Source: Selaginella moellendorffii (taxonomy: Eukaryota > Plantae > Lycopodiophyta). From it: a stretch of 64,000 nucleotides of DNA. Below the pieces are notes generated by a model. It was not told the origin of the DNA and ran no database searches. It was given only the letters and a program-made list of their open reading frames with translations. The stretch's first letter is position 1. Each line of letters opens with the position of its first letter. The stretch lies in NCBI RefSeq assembly GCF_000143415.4, contig NW_003314307.1, positions 630,859-694,858 on the forward strand, given 5' to 3'. Position numbers and translations under genes: made by a program. Shown here piece after piece: positions 13,248-24,767 of the stretch.

Positions 13248-16200
13248 GGGAAGATCGACGTCCTCGTCGATGCATACTCGAGTCTAGAATACCGCCAAGG
13301 AAACAACTCCAGAAAAAGTTCACGGTACTCACACTATGTGAGAAATGCACCAACTTAAATGAGTTAGGGGGCAACCTCTTTGTCTAACGCGGATGCGCTA
13401 CCAGCTCAGACACCTTCCGGCCGTCGCCGACAAGGAAATGACCAACGGAGTCAGCCACCCTTGCTGCTCTGGGAGTCACCCAGCTTACAAAAGTGTGATA
13501 TGCCCTGTCCGCAGGAACATAGAGAGAGAAGCCAGAAGCCCCAACCCTCATAAGCAAAGAAACCAAACCCGTCGGTAAGGTTTAGATAGACTACTATAAA
13601 CAGGCAGTTAGAGTTGTTTACACGGTCACGCCCTTTTAACGGAATAAGGAACATCGACAGAGAGGCGGGTTATGTGACCAGTCTACAGTAGCTACCCCAT
13701 GACTAAAGATTTCAACATGCACACGAAGTGCCGAAGCCAGTCTGCCTATACTGGCCCAAACTCAAAGATCAATAGATGGACAATATCAAAGTCAGAGACA
13801 ATAATATCTTAGAGACTTAATTACCAATGATTAAATCTTAGAGTAGAACACAAAAGTATTCTAAGCAAGTTATCATCCGATAAACTAGTATAGTATAGGA
13901 ACCACCAAGATCATCAAAATTTGTAAACATAGGATTCACCATCCAACAAAATTCAATAGCAAGTATATCATCAAGTAAACTCAATGATGAAACTTAACTA
14001 CCGAAGATAGTAGATAGTAAGCCAACAACTTACTAGAGATAACTCAAAAGACACAAAGTATCAGTGACTAACAAGCACAATGCTCGCGAATGTATCACCC
14101 GAAGGAAATAACATCCCAACCTATCAGAACTAACTCAAGCAATAATCAACAGAACAGAATGAATGCGGTAAGACCAACAAACACTCATTCCTGCCAACTA
14201 TCACAAAAGCCAATCTGAATAGATCCCAACCAACAATACCAAGGAACTCAAGTTGCCTAAGCAAGTGTCAGCAACATCCTACTGATGTCTCAAACCCAAG
14301 AGACCAATCCAAAGCAAATCACAAAAAACATGTGATATTGCAAAAAGCCAAAAGCCATCAAAGAGAACAACCAACTATCATGAAAGATTGTCAATCATCC
14401 CATCAATAAAGAGATGCATAATCATTGTCAAAGAAGGAATCCACCATCCCACAGAATGGCAAATCATTCTATATCAACAATAATCAAGCAAAACTTGTGA
14501 TAAAGATAATCAACTACCCTAGATGATAGTCAATCATCACCAATGATTGCTAGATGCAAATACTAACTTCATCGAAGCTAACAAGCCAAAATGTCTTCCC
14601 CAACAACTTCTAACAAATGGAACAATGAGCATAAAACTCAAAGAACCAAAAGCTCAAAGAAGTCTATAGCCAAGTCTTGTCTAACGATGATCACAAGTCT
14701 CACATGAACTAACTTCAATGCTAAAGAAGAAATTATGGTGCAACCCACAATATCTTCCTCAACACATCCATAAGCTAAACTTCATAATGCCAAAGCTAAT
14801 GAAGAGCATATCTGCATCAATCCAAAAGCTAAGCATAACAAAGCTATGCTCAACAAGTGATCACCAAACGATCCTCCATGAATTCATCTTATAGCAAAAT
14901 GTAACTCACTTCATAACAAGCACAAGAAGAATCATCAATGATCGATATATTCCAACTCAAATCCAATAAAGATTCAAACCTTCCAATATCAATCACTAAC
15001 TCTTCCGCTTGTAGAGTTAATATAGTCCACGATTAAATCACTTTTCAAGGAAAAGCCAAAGCTTAATCCCTACTAAATAATCTCGTCTAGAACACAACTA
15101 ACTCAAACTTGCCACTCAGTTCATTTGAACGTCAACACAGTTGCTAACTAGCAAATGCACGAATGTTAATAACACCAAGCTACAACCAAACCATCAACAC
15201 TATCTTCATCGAGACTAATGAAACTCGACATCAATCTTGCGGAGAGACATCTCATTTCACTGAAATCTCAACATCAACAATGTCAACGACAAGGCATCAC
15301 TTCAGTGCCACCAACACTAGAACAAAGCTAGAAGAAAGCACGAGTGTATCACCACTCAAAGCTCTCTAGCAACCAAGCTAACCAAAGTCGGAGATACTTT
15401 ACTCAGTATCCGAGACCAATTCTTCAACATTACTCAGGTACGGATAACACATCATCAAGGAGTGATTCACCACGTCCAGACTCAATGAAATCCAACACCA
15501 CGAACTAAACGCAACCAACTGATATCAACAGAGGTAGAGTTGACATCCCAACATGGAAAACCCATGTAAGTTTAACGACACGATCCTCCGCAACCTCATC
15601 CGATAAAGCAAGCCCATCACTGCTAAATCATCATCAAGCGAAGCAAGTGTCAAAAGCCTTTGACAAAGTTTACAAGTAATCACTAGTTGCAAAGCAACTA
15701 ACAATCACTCTTTCAACTTGCCTTCACAAGACCCAAACACTAAACTCACGTCATCGAGTCATACACTTGTCCAACATGAACGTAATACCCCAGATATGAG
15801 ATAAAGGTTCATGGACAAGCACGAACTAAATGACCACTCGAATCCAACTCAACTGCGATAAGCTCACCAATGCATTTAGCCAACAGCTCTGAGCATGTCT
15901 TGAAAAGGCTAGCTAAGCATGATCAACACTTAGTCGAAACTAAAGTGAAGACCATAAGATGGACTCATATCGGTACACAACCTCCTCATAGACAAAGCTA
16001 CAGTACGGGTACCAACATCTCAAACTCAAACAACTAAGTTGAACATCACCATCCTTAGCCAAGGTGCAGGGCCACCAAGACCAAGTCAAGATCAGTGAGA
16101 GCTCACTACTCTCATAGAGTCTAACGAAATGCAAAGTGCAACTTGCCACTAAGCATAACGCTATAAAAGAAAGGCACAAGGGTCATCTTTCCAGAAAAGT

Positions 16201-18200
16201 GCAACGGCCACTTTTCTACACTAACTCCAGACTCTATCCAACTCAATTGCCTTAGCCCCAAAAGTTAGCATCCCTTTCGGGCCGCATCATACTAACTACA
16301 TACTAAGGTCTAAGCTAACCGAAGTCAACTCCAACCCCTTCACTAGTTTGTATTGGCTTTCGAAAACGGAATGGTTTTCGGACAAAGTGATCAACAGATC
16401 AGCCATTGGAAAAGCCTAAGAAAATTTGTGGAAAATCCTTCCATCCTAGAGAAAGAATGACTCTCAGTCTAGGAATACAAACTTCCAAGACTCAACCAAC
16501 TTCCTCGTACTAACAACTTCACATAGGTTCACCTCAACACAAATTCTCATGACCCATAGTATGCTTAAGCCTCGAACATCTTTTTGCCCATTCTCTCAAC
16601 ATCCAACACCGATATCTATAAAAAATGCAAATGGAATATCCAAGGCTTGATCACGAAGACCACATCTTTGAATATCCACATTGCATTAACACTCTTCTTC
16701 AACCACCTTCAAGATCCAATGTGAAGCTAAAACACTAACAAGAAAAATGACATGGAAAATCAAGTTCTAAGGAAAATTCCTCATCACTCGAAATAACAAT
16801 GCCACTTCCACTAACACAAGTGCTAGTGATGTCAATGCCCCAACCACACATCTTCTCCATCTAACAATCTACTCCAAGTGTTAACGGATCAACTAATGAG
16901 CTATAGCCACTGAATGCTACAACCCTTTTCCAACACTTTAGTGGGCAAACTCAAGGAAACAAGGAACCAGCTTAAGCTTTAGCATAATGGACCACCATCG
17001 AGAATCTAGTCAAAGCTACTACAATGCTACTTCATGCAAGTAGACTAGCTTCACCATCAACCACTTTGGGGTTGATCATCATTTAACCAGCAACTTCGTA
17101 AACACATTGCTCATTATCACATGGATATGATATAGAAATCACAATAACTTGATCATCAATTGAGCAACACCACGAACAATGCCAATGTCATTACTTCAAA
17201 GGTTTACATGAATATCAAGTGCCAACTCAACTTGACAGAATGCAACATAAATGCCACACTCTACCGATAGAGATTTACAACACCCAACACCACTAACTTT
17301 TGTTCACAACACAGACAAGCTCATGCCACTCTTTTTCAGACCAAACTCAAAACTAATCCAACACCAAGCTACTCAAGGAGCAATAGCAAGGTTCCCCAGA
17401 AAAGAATTGAGCATTGCAACCCAAGTCTTCAAATAGCAAGTCTAGACAAAATGGTATAGCGCTTCACCGCTATCCATCCCATGACTCACCACTTGTAAGA
17501 CCATCATCTCCAACATGCATCAAAATAGGGACTCTTGATTGCATAATGTGAACACAAGCAATGAGTTAACACCTCGTTGCAAATCATCTCTCCAAGAAGA
17601 AAAGATGATTTACGTGTTTGATCCTCCGTCCCCGACGACTCTCTTTTCGGTCTCATCTTTGACCAAACCTCAAGCTTGCTTTCGCACTGCCTTCAGTCCA
17701 ATCCAAGAAAAGTTTATGAGAGAGCACGACAATGATTACTTGAACCAATAGAGTAATCCCTACAGTCTTGGTTGATTCACTTGTAATCATGCCTAGGAAG
17801 GATCTACTAGTGTCGTGCTAAACAGCTATGGACCAACCTATTTACCACTCATAGCAAACCTAAGGAGGTTTGCTTTCACCCATGGTACATGGAACAACTT
17901 ATGGAACCACTGATAGGCTAACATTAATCCTGCCAACTCAAAGTGTAACCTTAAGTTGCTAATGTGCCTCACTCACGAGCCCAAGCGTAAACTCGTGTAA
18001 CCGGAACAACTCAATCCCTTTTGTGAGCCCAAGACCAAGCTCACATTGTTAGGTACAAAAGGTAACCAAAACCATACCCAAGGAACAAATGTGAACCCTT
18101 TGCACCAAACGTGTACCCACTCGGATCATCGTTTTCATCTCTGCGTATGCAACGAGACTAGTTGCCCAATCTCATTGTATAGTACTCGCTGAGACTCATC

Positions 18201-18211
18201 CTCTGATACCA
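18201..18211 (-). other. Primer-binding site, tRNA-iMet
   Basis: TGGTATCAGAG on minus, 2 nt after the 5' LTR. Confidence 0.92.
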
Positions 18212-18213
18212 AA

Positions 18214-19356
18214 TGTAGCGCACGTGGTTTTGACCCTTTATCCTATGGTGATTTACCATAGGATAACACCACGAAGCGGAACCTAAACCCACTTTGTGCC
18301 ACGTGACAGATGCCACGTGTCACATGCCACATGTCCATGCCACGTGTCCATAGGAACCCGAAGTTCAGGGCCTTGGGCCGCTGAACGAAGGAACGGTGCC
18401 AAACTCCCAAGCATGGAGCCAAGGAGTGACGGAACCAAACCACGGAGCAACTCCCGAGCATAAAGCCCAAGGAGCGAAGGGGATCCCGGAGCGACTTGGA
18501 ACAGTCCTGGAGCAACCAGCATCCCAATGCCAGGACCAGCACACAAAACAGAGCCAAACGGAGTCTGGCGCTATTTCGGCATACCGGTGGCCTAACGTGA
18601 GGATATGGGTACTCCACCAACTAACATGGAATGGAACTTGGGCTTAGACCCAAGCCGGACGCAGAACAAGGACAGGCACGCAAGCGGGAGCTAGACTATG
18701 CCTCAGGTTGGTCGGCCATGCCCGACCTACCCACTATCCCTACTATACATTTGGAACCCCCCACAGCCCCCCCCCCCTTGAGGAACACACGCTTTGGGCT
18801 TTCACCCCAAGCCTCCCTTAGTATCAGAAGTTAGTCTCTGGGACAAGCTCGAAACTTACTAAATATGGAATGTCCCTAGATTGCGAATTTGGACACGGGA
18901 CGAACACCATTGTGTTCAGGACGATCTCTACATTCTGTAGATATGCCAAATGAGCAAATCTGGACACTTTCCATAAATAGTATTTGGGACCGAAATGAGA
19001 CTAACACAAAGGGCATGATAGCGAGGGTGTTTGGCAGACACGGTAAGCTATCATCCGGCGATATTGAGGGACCAATCTCAATACGCGAGGGTTCTTGTCA
19101 CTAGCCAGTGCAAGACATAACGAGACGGGAACTCCTTACCGGGCTAAGTATGCTTAGCTAATAACACGTAAGAATTCCGTCCTTATGCTCGTCCGGTCTA
19201 AGTACACTCGAAATGCCCAGTTAACTCCACTAGCACAAGAGGGACTGATAAAGGGTCCAGCAATACCGACCTCCTGCCATCGTGGCAGTAAGGTAAGAGT
19301 GTCCGTAAGGACTGGTCGACAGGTAACTTTCGATACCTGAAGTCACATTCGCGACA
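18214..19356 (-). repeat. 5' LTR (1143 bp)
   Basis: Direct repeat of 12095-13234. Confidence 0.97.
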
Positions 19357-20930
19357 AAGGGGCAATTATTTGATGAAAAAGCCTTTAATGGCTATTTTAT
19401 CCCTATTTATCCCCCAAGGTTTCAAGGATCCATGGTGATGGTATATCCAAATCTCATCCCATGATCACATGTGTTACACTTACCCCCCTTTTAGAGATGT
19501 CAATATCTTTATTGACTATTGACTAACAACCTCTACTAAGCCAAAGGGAACCAACACCTCCATTTCCGCACTTAATCTACCAATCCTTCTATTATATAAA
19601 CTAATTATTCCATGTGAAACAACTAGTCATTCACCTGTACCACAGTCCTACGGTGGATACCTTTGTCTGGGATGCTCCACAAGAGGAAGGACATAAGCAT
19701 GGATGCTCAATACATACGATTTTCAAATTTAGGGGTAGGAATATACCTTGCTCAAGGGTATATTATATTTTTACTAATCAATAGGAATTAAACTCATGCC
19801 ATTTCCTCTAACACCAAATGTAACACACATGGCTTTTACCCTTTATCCTATAGTGATTTACCATAGAATAACCACAAAGTGGAACATAAACCCTCCATGT
19901 GTCACATGTCATATGCCATATGCCACATGCCACATGGTCAAAGGATAGCAGAGTGGAACCCAAGTTTCAAGGCCATGGGCCACTGAACGAAAGAACAGTG
20001 CCAAACTCCTAAGCATGGAACCAAAGAGCATTGGCACTGAAGCACAAAATGACTCCTGAGTGTATAGCCCAAAGAACGAAGGGACAAAAGCGCAAAGTGA
20101 CTTGGAACAATCTTAGAGCATCTAACATCCCACACGCAAAACAGAGTTAAACAGAGTTTGGTGTTATCTCAGCATACCAGTGGCCTAACACAAGGATATA
20201 AGTACTCCACTAGCTAGCATAGTATGGAATTTAGGAGCTGTATGCAAAACAAGGATAGGCACACAAGTGGGAGCTAGACTATGCCTCAAGTTAGTCGGCC
20301 ATGCCCAACCTACCCACTATCTTTACTATACATTTGGAACCCCCTCCTCCCCCTTTTGAGGAACACATGCTTTGGGTTTTCACCCCAAGCCTCCCTTAAT
20401 ACCAGGAGTTAGTCTCTGGGACAAGCTTGAAACTTACTAAATATAGAATGTCTTTAGATTGCGAATTTGGACATGGGACGAATACCATTGTATTCAAAAC
20501 AATCTTTACATTTTATAGATATGTCAAATAAGCAAATCTAGATATTTTCTATAAATAGCAATTAGGACCGAATGGTACTAACACAAAAGGCATGATAGCG
20601 ATGGTGTTTGGCAAACATAGTAAGCTATCATCTTGCGGATATTGAACGACCAAGCTCAATATCGCGAGGGTTCTTAACACTAACAAGTGCAAGTCAATGA
20701 ATGAGTTTCTCTAACTAAGTCAAGTATGCTTCACTAATAGCATTTAGGAATTCCATCTTTATACTCATCTAGTCAAGTGCACATGCAAAGACTAGTTTCT
20801 CAACTAGCTAAGGTGGAGACTGAAAAAAGGACTAACAATACCAACCTCTTGTCATCATGGCAGTAAGGAAAGAATATCCGAAAGGATAGCCAACAGGTAA
20901 CTTTTGATACCCGAAGTCACATTCACGACA

Positions 20931-21400
20931 GCCGATCCAACACCTTATGAACATCACAAATGTGTTCCTCCCAAGTCCCCTTTGAGTGGATTAAAACATC
21001 ATCAATGAAGTCAGCAGTCACCTCCAATATATCATAAAGAACTTCATCCATCATCCATTGGAAAGTTGTTAAAGCATTGTTCAAACCAAATGGTATCACC
21101 AAGAATTTGTACAAACCAAATGGTGTATAAAAAGCAATTTTAGGAATACCTTCTTCGACTATCAGTACTTGCTAGTACCCAAAAGCAAGATCTAACTTAG
21201 TGAACCAACAACTTCTCCCAAAGGATCCAAGAGATTAACAGTGTGAGGAAGAGGGTATACATCTGGGATCATCACCACATTTAATAAATGGTAGTCCATG
21301 TAGAAATAAATACTCTCATCAATCTTCATCACAAGATGAGGTTCACACACCCAAGAACTCCACAACTTCTGAATAACTCCCTTTTCCAACATCTCCTTAA
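20931..21400 (-). pseudogene. Gypsy reverse transcriptase remnant, N-terminal part; it continues at ~6712-6620
   Basis: MLEKGVIQ..SSW, MDYHLLN..DVYPLP, IPFGLNNALTTFQ..M, FIDDVLIHS..WEEHICDVHKVLDRL. Resumes across the insertion as RLTSS../PKNCACAVAEMLY. Contains frameshifts and stops. Confidence 0.85.
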
Positions 21401-23828
21401 CATTGGCATGTAAAATCTTTATTTTTTTGGGTGATTGACAATAAATAAAAACCTTGATTGGACAAGCATCCCCAGTTAGAATAGAATGACGTGTTGCAAT
21501 CTTGATCCCAAATGATACGTTAAATTCAAAGAAATCAGCATACTCCTTTATGAGTCAGTCAACCTCTACAACATAAAGACCATTAGAGGGATCAGAAAAG
21601 GAAAAAGAGGAATAAGACATAAATTTAGGGGGAGACAAAAATAATGGAAGTAGAGGTAGAAACAAAGGAATGAAGTGGTACAAAAGTGAGAAAAATGGAA
21701 AAAATATTAGAAAAGATGAGATAAGGGGGAGAAACCTCAAAGTCACATTTAGCATAATTGTACTGCAACCAATATATACCAAGGATGTGGTCAAAATTTT
21801 GACTTGGCACCACTTATAATGACTACAAGTCAAACTTGAGACTACCTATATGCACAACCATGTCTGCCTCATCCTACAGACATGCGTGCGTATGGCTGTT
21901 GCCATAAAGAATGAAAATGGCTTTGCTACACAATGCAAATGCAAATAGCAAGGTGTGGCAATAAATTAAACAATAAAAGATAAACTCAAATTTATATTAA
22001 TTGATATAGAGAAAATAATAGGAGACCTTTTGTTATAAAAATGAGCTTGGAAGGTAAACATTGGATGAACTAGTATCGAGTGAACCCTTTGATGATAATC
22101 CCAAAAACAAGATGGAGGGGTCACTAATTTATTTGCACAAGGTCCCTTCACTATTCATGCAACTTCTTATTTTCCAGATGCATCTTAGTGTCTAGACCTT
22201 CCACTGTAGAAGCACCAACAGAACATTGTTGACACCAAGGTCTCCACCTAGGAAATAGAGGTTGCAAATCCAAAAAACACCAACAATGTTGATAAGTGTG
22301 ACCAACTTCATCACATGCCCAATAACGAACATCACGGCCATGACCACATCCTCACCCTTGTCCTTGAATTTAGGTAGCAACAACATCAACTTCAATTAGA
22401 ATAAGACCATCTCTTACAAGGAGTGGAGCTAAAGGATGTGTAGTGAGAAGTGGAAGAGGTGATGTCTTATAATGTTGTGCAAAGCGAAAGCCATCAAGGG
22501 TGGCTGAAATAAGTGCATACATAACTACTATAAGATCTTAACAAAGTGCTAGCCACAACATTCCCAACTTGATCCGCTCTAACATGTTTAGCTCCACATG
22601 AAGCAGAAGCTTTGGAAATGAACACCAAACTACATTATTGATTTAGATGGCCCTTGACGAAGACAATGCAATTGTTAGAAGGCATCATCACAATCATTAA
22701 CATATCTAAAGATGTATTTGAAAACGTCTGGGAGAATACTCTAATCCTCACGAATGGTTGTGCTTAAACCATTGTACCACTGCAGTGTTGTCCCTTAAAG
22801 ACACATTGGAAATTCATGCAAATACTAAGCATCATCCCAAGAATGATATATGGCAATCACTGTAAAGTGATTGAACCAATGGTACACATCATCCCCAAAA
22901 TTCCCACAGAAGAACTCCAGCCGAATATGAGGATTGGTTGCAAGAGTAGGAGGAGTTGTACCACACACCATAAATGCCACCATCAATTGAGTTTGTTTGC
23001 TTAACTACAATCACATAGCATTGAGCAATTGCTCTAATTGTTACTCTAGAGTCAATGGAGTAGGAGATTGTTACTTTGCTATGAAGATGATTAAAAAGGA
23101 AAGAGCAAAAGAAAAGCAATGGAAAAATTTAGAAAGAAAGGGAGACTTAAACAATGCAAAAGCTAGATTTATACAAAACTCTTAAATCTAAACACTCCTT
23201 AGGGACAATCAAAAGGTGCCCTTCATTTTCATAAATGTGAGTGCATGGAATATAGAAAGACAATACAAGAAATGTGCATATTGGTCTAGATTGAAATCAA
23301 TCTGATAGCTACTCAAATCCCACTACACTAATATTAGTATATGGCATCATAGTTATACACTTAGACATCACACACACACACACAAACACATATATATTAT
23401 GTGTTTGTGTGTGTATGTATATATATATACATATACATATATATATTAAATCATTTTGTAATTACAATTTAGAAAATTTAAATTTATAAAAATACTTATA
23501 TATTCATATGTATTAAGAAGTAAAATATACAAGAAAAAATTCTTCTTTTAATTTATTGAAAGAGGTAATTTAGATTGGCACATTTAAGAAGTTAGAACAA
23601 TTATTTAACTATATAAATATAACAACAGTATAAGTTTTAAATTAAATAAACTCTAAGAATAGTTGTAAATTAGATATTAATATTTTAAAGATGATAAATT
23701 AACATTTGTCAATGGCAAATATAACAATAATATTATTTTTTTTATTTTTAAGTGACACTTTGAAAGATCCTAATCCAAGATCTCCTAATTTCTAATATCA
23801 TAGGAAATTAATAATTATATTTAAAATT

Positions 23829-24767
23829 ATGAATAAACTTATTTTATTTAATCTATTTATACTTCTAAATTTCTTAAAGATTTATATGTATACAATGCAT
23901 TCACCAAAAAATTCAAATAGTGAATGGGGAAAAAATAATACATTAAACAAAAATGAAATAGGAATGATTATTAGTGATGGATTTGAAGAACTTATAACTA
24001 GTATAAATTTATCAAAACATCATGAAGGATATAAAGCAAATTATGAAAATACAATAGAAGTTAATATTGGTAGAGCAATAATAATTGTACAATTTAAGCG
24101 TATGGATGGTAATCCTCCTACATGTTCAACAGGAGAAATATCAAAAGCTAAAGTTCAACCTAGAACATTAAGATACGGATTTGAATATTTATTTGATTCA
24201 TTTAGGGATGATATGCTTCAAGCATGTTCTGATGAATGCACTTTTACATCAAGAAAATATCAAATTGGTTATAATGTTTTATTTTGGTCACCTGGGTCTA
24301 ATTTAACCCAAAGAAAATACTATGGCCAATCTTTATTTCATAAACTAAATATTCATTATAATTTTAATGAGAATTGTGATATTACATTGACAACTTTAAA
24401 TGCTGGATCAAAACATGACAGCCTTTATACAGGTCAATTTATAATTTCTCCAAATCGAAAAAATATATTATTAGTTGAGAGTAATTGCAAAATTACTCTA
24501 TATTCTAGAACTATATTAATATGGAGATCAGATAATATTGATGAATATTATGATTTATGTGTATTGAAAGTTAAAACTAATGGTCATATAGTTTTATATA
24601 ATAAATATAGAAAAATAGTATGGTCTAATAAGAAATATTGCTCAAATTGTTTAAAACTAACATCTCTTACTTTACAAAATGATTGTAATTTAGTATCTTA
24701 TGAAGCAAAATATCCAAATAAAGTTTGGTGGGCAACAAATTCTTTTAATAATAAAAATTGTCTATAA
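23829..24767 (+). CDS. Secreted 312-aa protein: unknown N-terminal domain plus C-terminal bulb-type (GNA/B-) lectin domain
   Basis: Intronless ORF in very AT-rich DNA with a hydrophobic N-terminus. DSLYTGQFI, LIWRS, CVLKVKTNGHIVLY..IVWS and LTLQNDCNLVSY..WWATNS match the three-repeat B-lectin pattern. Confidence 0.8.
   Translation: MNKLILFNLFILLNFLKIYMYTMHSPKNSNSEWGKNNTLNKNEIGMIISDGFEELITSINLSKHHEGYKANYENTIEVNIGRAIIIVQFKRMDGNPPTCSTGEISKAKVQPRTLRYGFEYLFDSFRDDMLQACSDECTFTSRKYQIGYNVLFWSPGSNLTQRKYYGQSLFHKLNIHYNFNENCDITLTTLNAGSKHDSLYTGQFIISPNRKNILLVESNCKITLYSRTILIWRSDNIDEYYDLCVLKVKTNGHIVLYNKYRKIVWSNKKYCSNCLKLTSLTLQNDCNLVSYEAKYPNKVWWATNSFNNKNCL

Larger units (their letters stand above)
12095..19356 (-). 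mobile_element. Young, structurally intact non-autonomous LTR retrotransposon (LARD-like), 7.26 kb
   Basis: TG...CA LTRs 18214-19356 (5') and 12095-13234 (3') differ by about 12 substitutions plus a 3-nt poly-C indel. tRNA-Met PBS and PPT present. TSD AAGGG at 12090-12094 and 19357-19361. No long ORF in the ~5 kb interior. Confidence 0.95.
9530..20930 (-). mobile_element. Older copy of the non-coding LTR family (5' LTR 19819-20930, eroded PBS, leader A, internal region), interrupted by the younger copy
   Basis: 19819-20930 is a diverged homologue of the 1.14 kb LTR. 9530-12060 is collinear with 13720-16260. Confidence 0.85.
6321..23370 (-). mobile_element. Old, decayed Ty3/gypsy LTR retrotransposon hosting nested insertions
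   Basis: Short homologous LTRs at 6321-6521 and 23236-23370 share atcccacta..ctaatattagtata.ggcatcatagtt.taca; both begin TGATGT on minus. PPT GAGAGGAGGGAA at 6522-6533. RT remnants inside. Confidence 0.75.
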
